From: an uncultured beta proteobacterium
GTDB taxonomy: Bacteria > Pseudomonadota > Gammaproteobacteria > Burkholderiales > SG8-41
Length of the DNA stretch: 64,000 nt
NCBI GenBank assembly: GCA_903893565.1
Contig: CAITMU010000108.1
Location: forward strand, 24,415-88,414
Reading direction: 5' to 3'
This document shows positions 58,924-64,000 of the stretch, piece after piece. The notes beneath the pieces were generated by a model. It had not been told where the DNA came from. It worked only from the letters and a program-made list of their open reading frames with translations, and did no database searches. The position numbers and the translations under genes were made by a program. Each line of letters starts with the position of its first letter. Positions within the stretch are counted from its first letter, which is position 1.

Positions 58924-59610
58924 CTAAATGTTTTTCAAGCCGGCACAATACAACATGGCTTCATGCTCTCGAAACCAATGGGACGCATACTCGCAGTCCT
59001 TAAAAGCTGAAAAATAAGGTCCCCCCAAAGTAAAATGCACAAGGCTGGCTTGAGCGCTCGGTGGGTTATAACCCACCAGATGATTCCACGCCGAGGGTAA
59101 TTCTCCTATCAAGCCCTCATCGACAAGCCAATGAAACTGATGCAAGGCAAGACCAGAGGCATCGTTCACATACTGCGGAGTCAATTGCTGGCAAAGGGCG
59201 TTATTAAAAAGCATCACACTAGACCAGTTTTTTTTCGCATACTGGCTCTGGGGCTCACCTAAAAATTTGTGAGTTTCCACTGGCACATGATGGTGTTTGA
59301 CCACCATAACCGCATACCGCTCATCTCTGAGGGCAAAGAGCCGCTCAACGTCATCTAACATCAGCATGTCGCAATCCATAAAAAGCGACCAACCCTGATA
59401 GCCCGACAAATAAGGCGTTAGAAACCGTGAAAATGAAAAATCCGTACTTTGCAACGGATGCCGCTCTCGGGTTAACACCCCTGACAATTGACTTAACTTA
59501 AGGGCAGCAATTGCCACTGGCTTCGAGGCTCTGCTCTGAATGCTATGGGCCAGCACATTAAAAGCAATCGTTTCTCGCGGATCATACCCAATAAAAATAG
59601 CGTTCATCAA
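58924..59610 (-). CDS. GT-A-fold (GT8-like) nucleotide-sugar glycosyltransferase
   Basis: 228 aa. The N-terminus IFIGYD..E..A..V...S and a DxD-type FMDCDML match a family of small GT8-related transferases. The specificity is unknown. Confidence 0.55.
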   Translation of the reverse strand: MMNAIFIGYDPRETIAFNVLAHSIQSRASKPVAIAALKLSQLSGVLTRERHPLQSTDFSFSRFLTPYLSGYQGWSLFMDCDMLMLDDVERLFALRDERYAVMVVKHHHVPVETHKFLGEPQSQYAKKNWSSVMLFNNALCQQLTPQYVNDASGLALHQFHWLVDEGLIGELPSAWNHLVGYNPPSAQASLVHFTLGGPYFSAFKDCEYASHWFREHEAMLYCAGLKNI

Positions 59611-59749
59611 TCACCTTCATCCTACTATTTGATTATCAATACGGCTAATCTTCGTTTTATACACTTGGATACACCGCGCAAAGTGCCGTCTTGGCAAGCC
59701 CCGTTGTGTCATGTCAGGCCTGAAGCACTGAAACTGTTTTACCTCGCCC

Positions 59750-60613
59750 TTATTGCCTCCTGAACGCTCTTAATGGGCCTTTGAGGCGATTGCCTTGCAA
59801 GGACTCTATTGATAGATCGTCGCGCTTCCACAGACCACACGCCAGATGCATTAATCCGATCTTATCGTGAGGTAAATTCGGCTCCACGTAAATACCCCGA
59901 CTCTCATCCCAGAGAGGCTGAGCATGGCAAGCCATCCAATTATGTCTTGCCGGTAAAAAATGAGGCTGGATATTTTGCGTATAAACGGTCATATTTAATG
60001 CGGTTTGCTCTAAAAAATTAGAGCAATATTTTTTAATCGCCCCAGACATGGTCGTTTGCCACTGCTTCCACAAAGGGTGCTCACGCATCAATGCAAAAGC
60101 ACCGCAATTAATCAAAGGAAAATGAATCAATCGATTGGCCACTTCAGGCCCATAGTATCGACTCAGATTGTCATGATAGATTTCGCGGCTGGCATTTTTT
60201 AAGAAAACATTGGCGTAAGTTCTCTCCAATTCCAAGCACACCGCCAGTTGACCTTGACGCGCGGCCCTGACAAAGTCATAGAGCATGTCCAAGTCCTGAA
60301 CCCAGATATCGGCATCAAGCCATAAGATCAAATCCGCTTGAGTAATATACTGCGGTAAAAAGGGTCGCGCAGACATCGCCTTAAACCACTCTGGCACCCC
60401 TTTCCAGGCCGATATATCGACATCCCACCCCGGTTGAATCAAGTGATGGCCCGTTTTTAATAAAGACTCTCTTTGCTCGACCGATAGACCCACATCGAGG
60501 ATATGAATACTCACCGTTTCTGACCACTGCCCCACACCCTCAATAGAGCTTAAAAGGGCTTGCAGGCTAGCGTAATAGCCCTCATTGGAGGCCGTCGCAA
60601 TTGCAATTCGCAT
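59750..60613 (-). CDS. GT8-like glycosyltransferase
   Basis: It opens MRIAIATASNEGYYASLQALLSS and carries the DxD motif LWLDADIWV. I prefer the ATG at 60613 to the TTG at 60622. Confidence 0.62.
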   Translation of the reverse strand: MRIAIATASNEGYYASLQALLSSIEGVGQWSETVSIHILDVGLSVEQRESLLKTGHHLIQPGWDVDISAWKGVPEWFKAMSARPFLPQYITQADLILWLDADIWVQDLDMLYDFVRAARQGQLAVCLELERTYANVFLKNASREIYHDNLSRYYGPEVANRLIHFPLINCGAFALMREHPLWKQWQTTMSGAIKKYCSNFLEQTALNMTVYTQNIQPHFLPARHNWMACHAQPLWDESRGIYVEPNLPHDKIGLMHLACGLWKRDDLSIESLQGNRLKGPLRAFRRQ

Positions 60614-60879
60614 AAAACCCAACCATTTCCTCTAAATCCATCCATTAACCGTATGCCACTCTTCCCACAACAAAATACAGGCTCTAACCGAGGTGCACTG
60701 TAGCATAGCCTTAAAAGGGGCGTAAACCACCGTGAACGGCAACAAGGGGGTCCCCCTCTTATGAAATGCCCATGCTTGAGGCCGTTGCTCGAAGGCAGGC
60801 TTGCGGCTCTGATGAAAGCGCCCCATGAAGCCTTCAATACCCCCATAAGCTAAGCTCACGCAGTAAGACTATAATCTTC

Positions 60880-63390
60880 ATGCCATTTCTTATTAATAAC
60901 ACTATGCCTAGCCTGAAACAACAACTACAAAAAGCGCAAAATCAACTACAACAGGGCCTTCGAGTAGAGGCGGCTCAATGCATTGATGAGATTTTAAAGC
61001 GCGCGCCTAAAAATCCTGAGGCATTGTGGCTCTTAGGCGTTTTACGCCTCGAGACCGGGCATGCCCATCTAGCCGTAGCCCCACTGCAACAATCGATTCA
61101 ATCAGATCCTCGGAACGGCAAAGTACTCGACACGCTGGGCTTAGCCTATCTCCAACTTTCAAGATTTGATGAAGCGGCCAGCGTATTAGAACAGGCGGCC
61201 CGACTCGCTCACGCCCCTGCCATCGTATTTTCCCGATGGGGTCTTGCTTTAATGAATGTAGGACGCATTCAAGAAAGTTTAATCCCCCTTCAAAAAGCAG
61301 TCCAGTTAGAGGGCCAAAACCCCAGCTTTCATCTAAACTTGGGTCAAGCCCTGTTTCACCACCACCAATTACCATCGGCACGAGATGCGTTCACTCAAGC
61401 CATCAAACTCGCCCCTCATCTTATCGAGGCCTACACCCAATTAAGCCTAAGCTATCGTGAAGAGGGCGATTTTAGCTCAGCTGCACTGTGGTTAGAAAAA
61501 GCACTCCCTTACTCACCCGTTCAAACCGAACTGTGGCATGAGTTAGGATTAATTTGGGAAATGAGTCTCCAAGGCGATAAGGCCAAGCACTGCTTTACAA
61601 AGGCGCTAAATATTAACCCGCGTTGGGTCCCATCGATCAACGGACTTGCACGCGCCTTGGCGCGAGAAGGTCAACCACAATTAGCCCGATTACAATATCG
61701 AGAAGCCTTAGCGCTAGATGCCGATAGCTTGGATGCTCATGATGGTCTCGCCATGAGCTGCCTAGCGCTAGGGCGCTTTACTGAGGCAATTCCCCATCTT
61801 CGTGTACTGTTACAAGCCGAACCCCAGAACCTAACAGCGTTACATGCGCTCGCCTCGGCTTTACTTGAAATCGGCGAATTGATAGAAGCAGAAGCTCGTG
61901 CTCTGCAATTAATCGAATTAGCCCCCGAGGCAGTCTATGCCATACGATGCCTAGCGACCTTATTGTTTTTAAGAGGGGCCGACGTTGAAGCTATTGATCG
62001 ATTAGAAAAAGGCTACGAAGCCACCCAAGAACCTGAGTTACTGGGATTTTTAGCCTTTCAATACCGACAAATCTGTGATTGGCCTCGTTGGCAGGCCGCT
62101 TGGTCAAAGCTCGCCCCTTTGGTATCGACCGATGCTACGCTGGGCAGCCCTTTCTGGCTCTTATGCGAACCCATTTCGGCCGCCCAGCAGTTGCAATACA
62201 CCCGCGCGTGGGCCTTGAGACGCTTTGGTCCAGTCGCCACTCGTCAAGTTTCCCAGTCACGCCCTACCCCTTCAACCACCGTAAATAGCTCGGATCGCAT
62301 CAGAATCGGTTATTTATCATCTGATTTTCAAGAGCATGCGGCTGCCTATCTGATTGCCGAGGTGATTGAACAACACGATCGCGAACAATTCGAGGTCTTT
62401 GCCTACTCTTACGGACCGACCGACAAAAGTCCCATGCGAACACGTTTACTCAGTGCTTTTGAACACTTTGTGGATATCAGTTGGGAAACCGACGACAGTG
62501 CTGCAGAACGGATTCGGTCCGATAAGATTGATATCCTCATTGAACTAAAAGGTTATACCGTGGGAGATCGTATCTCCATTATGGCACGTCGCCCCTGTGA
62601 TATTCAGGTTACTTGGTTAGGTTATCCGGGCACCTTAGGTGTGGACTTCGTTGACTACCTCATTGCTGATCCCCATATTATTCCACTCGGAGAGGAATCC
62701 TCTTGCTCGGAAACCGTTCTACGCCTGCCGTATTGCTATCAGCCCAATGATCGAAAAAAAATCATTGCGACTGCACTGCCTCGTAAAGCCTATGGACTGC
62801 CTGACACAGGGTTTATTTTTTGCTGTTTTAATCAAACCTATAAAATTACGCCTGAAATTTTTGCCGTCTGGATGCGGCTTTTAAAGCGTGTGGGGGGCAG
62901 CACACTGTGGTTGGTTGATCAAAACGAAATAACGAAAAAAAATCTTCTCGCTTGCGCACAATCACACGGGGTCGGCATCGATCGCCTGGTGTTTGCACCC
63001 CGTGCACCCTATGCTGAGCATTTGGCACGTTACACCGTTGCGCATTTGGCGCTAGACACACATCCCTATACCTCTCATACCACCGCGAGTGACGCACTCT
63101 GGTGCCGTTGTCCCATGGTGGGATTAGAGCAAGGAGATTTATTCGCTGCACGGGTTTCTGCCAGTATATTAATGGCCGCGGGCTTTAGTGAATTAATTAC
63201 TCATAATCTTCAGGACTATGAAACCCTTGCCTATGAAATAGCCACCGATCCGGCAAAGCTTGCATCCTTACGAGAACGTTTAGATGAATCTATTGCTAAA
63301 GCGCCCATGTTTAATTCCAAAGCTTTTACGATGAATTTAGAGGCACTATTTAAAACGGTCTTACCTCAAAAGGTACAGTCAACTGCGTAA
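60880..63390 (+). CDS. TPR-repeat protein fused to GT41 (O-GlcNAc-transferase/SPINDLY-like) domain
   Basis: 836 aa with about 10 TPR units. The C-terminal half reads IRIGYLSSDF..HA...L.....H.R..FEV..YS and VTWLGYPGT.G....DY.I.D, ending FCCFN...KI.PE.F..W..LL. An alternative start is at 60904. Confidence 0.85.
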   Translation: MPFLINNTMPSLKQQLQKAQNQLQQGLRVEAAQCIDEILKRAPKNPEALWLLGVLRLETGHAHLAVAPLQQSIQSDPRNGKVLDTLGLAYLQLSRFDEAASVLEQAARLAHAPAIVFSRWGLALMNVGRIQESLIPLQKAVQLEGQNPSFHLNLGQALFHHHQLPSARDAFTQAIKLAPHLIEAYTQLSLSYREEGDFSSAALWLEKALPYSPVQTELWHELGLIWEMSLQGDKAKHCFTKALNINPRWVPSINGLARALAREGQPQLARLQYREALALDADSLDAHDGLAMSCLALGRFTEAIPHLRVLLQAEPQNLTALHALASALLEIGELIEAEARALQLIELAPEAVYAIRCLATLLFLRGADVEAIDRLEKGYEATQEPELLGFLAFQYRQICDWPRWQAAWSKLAPLVSTDATLGSPFWLLCEPISAAQQLQYTRAWALRRFGPVATRQVSQSRPTPSTTVNSSDRIRIGYLSSDFQEHAAAYLIAEVIEQHDREQFEVFAYSYGPTDKSPMRTRLLSAFEHFVDISWETDDSAAERIRSDKIDILIELKGYTVGDRISIMARRPCDIQVTWLGYPGTLGVDFVDYLIADPHIIPLGEESSCSETVLRLPYCYQPNDRKKIIATALPRKAYGLPDTGFIFCCFNQTYKITPEIFAVWMRLLKRVGGSTLWLVDQNEITKKNLLACAQSHGVGIDRLVFAPRAPYAEHLARYTVAHLALDTHPYTSHTTASDALWCRCPMVGLEQGDLFAARVSASILMAAGFSELITHNLQDYETLAYEIATDPAKLASLRERLDESIAKAPMFNSKAFTMNLEALFKTVLPQKVQSTA

Positions 63391-63669
63391 AGCATCCTGT
63401 CCGAATGCCTATGTTTTAAACCATCCGAATATCCTCACTGACTTCGACCTCCATCGACCGACGTTAAAATGGGTCGACCTCAATGCTTGAGGGCTGACCT
63501 ATTGATGGCATCCCCAGCTTTAGGACAACAGTAAAAATTACACAAAATGAGTCCTGCAATCGGTGCCACACTGAATCTCTAAGTGGATGCATTCGCTCAT
63601 CCCTTTATTAAAGTTCAACAGCCTTTCGTTATTTTCATTGATCTTAATCGGTGATCGACTCGAACGACT

Positions 63670-63990
63670 TAAAGTGCGACTCAATGATTAGTGCATCGCT
63701 GCCCTTTCAGGCATAAGGTGGGATCTCCCTCAGGTAAGGGCGCACTCCTTCGCTGCACTACCGCCGGATCTACACCCCCTCGCTTTGATCACCAGAGCTT
63801 CGTGGTTTACGGCCCACTCGCCCTGCTTGGCAGTGCCTCGTATCCGATTCTTGTTCATCGGCACACCGTTTATGTCCCACGCTTTCTTCCCACACTCGGT
63901 CACCCTTATGCCGTTGCGCTTCCCTTCGCTCGTCGTGATCAACTTGCGACGGGACTTTCACACGCAGGAGTGCACCCATGCTGCGCGCAC
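63670..63990 (-). mobile_element. probable 5' fragment (domain I) of a group II intron, truncated, no reverse-transcriptase ORF
   Basis: The minus strand starts GTGCGCGCAGCATGGGTGCAC...GTGAAAGTCCCGTCGC...CGAGCGAAGGGAAGC... This gives a GUGCG 5' end and a GC-rich structured sequence reminiscent of bacterial group II domain I. The similarity fades near 63.67-63.70 kb, and only about 600 nt separate it from the upstream gene. Confidence 0.4.
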
Positions 63991-64000
63991 ATAAAAAAAC

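Noticed and set aside
63391-63990. An intact ORF-less group II intron spanning the whole 600 nt.
   Set aside because: I could not find a domain V-like hairpin (the conserved ~34-nt stem with a GNRA-type loop) or a plausible 3' end near 63.39-63.45 kb. The middle portion is AT-rich and unstructured-looking. Only a 5' fragment is proposed.

Overview
This 64-kb chromosomal window looks like a betaproteobacterium of intermediate GC. That call is an inference from gene content and synteny: tyrS, M23 peptidase, anmK, erpA, bactofilin, argC, rpsI-rplM; glyQ-glyS-gmhB-plsC; and coq7. Most of the window is tightly packed housekeeping: pdxH, msrA, fbp, tyrS, anmK, erpA, argC, rpsI/rplM, coq7, trpC/D/G and trpE, gph, rpe, apaG, mltA, a dsbC-like gene, a ubiH-family gene, miaB-ybeZ-ybeY-corC-lnt, glyQS, gmhB, plsC, lysA and mgtE. 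There is one tRNA (anticodon CAT) with a recognisable promoter and terminator. I saw no rRNA, CRISPR array, integrase or transposase.

Four patches stand out:
1. A 3.3-kb block that looks AT-richer by eye splits trpE from trpG. It carries a GT17-type glycosyltransferase, a lipoprotein and an acyl-CoA-dehydrogenase-fold flavoenzyme.
2. About 10 kb of accessory genes lies downstream of the tRNA. It includes a Sel1-repeat prolyl-4-hydroxylase fusion and a minus-strand cluster of formyltransferase, outer-membrane barrel, SAM methyltransferase, beta-hydroxyacid dehydrogenase, class-III aminotransferase and a TPR-GT9 fusion. A MASE1 histidine kinase / FixJ-type regulator pair sits next to it.
3. Two small GT-A/GT8-like glycosyltransferases lie divergent from an 836-aa TPR-GT41 (O-GlcNAc-transferase-like) gene.
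4. A free-standing 21-codon Lys/Ala-rich micro-ORF has a consensus Shine-Dalgarno sequence and a textbook intrinsic terminator. Its 5' end nearly duplicates the 5' end of the SWIB/MDM2-domain gene in the same window.

The right edge carries what looks like a truncated 5' fragment of a group II intron. All functional calls rest on motif and family recognition by eye. Nothing was searched against databases, and the pathway-level interpretations of the accessory clusters are inference.
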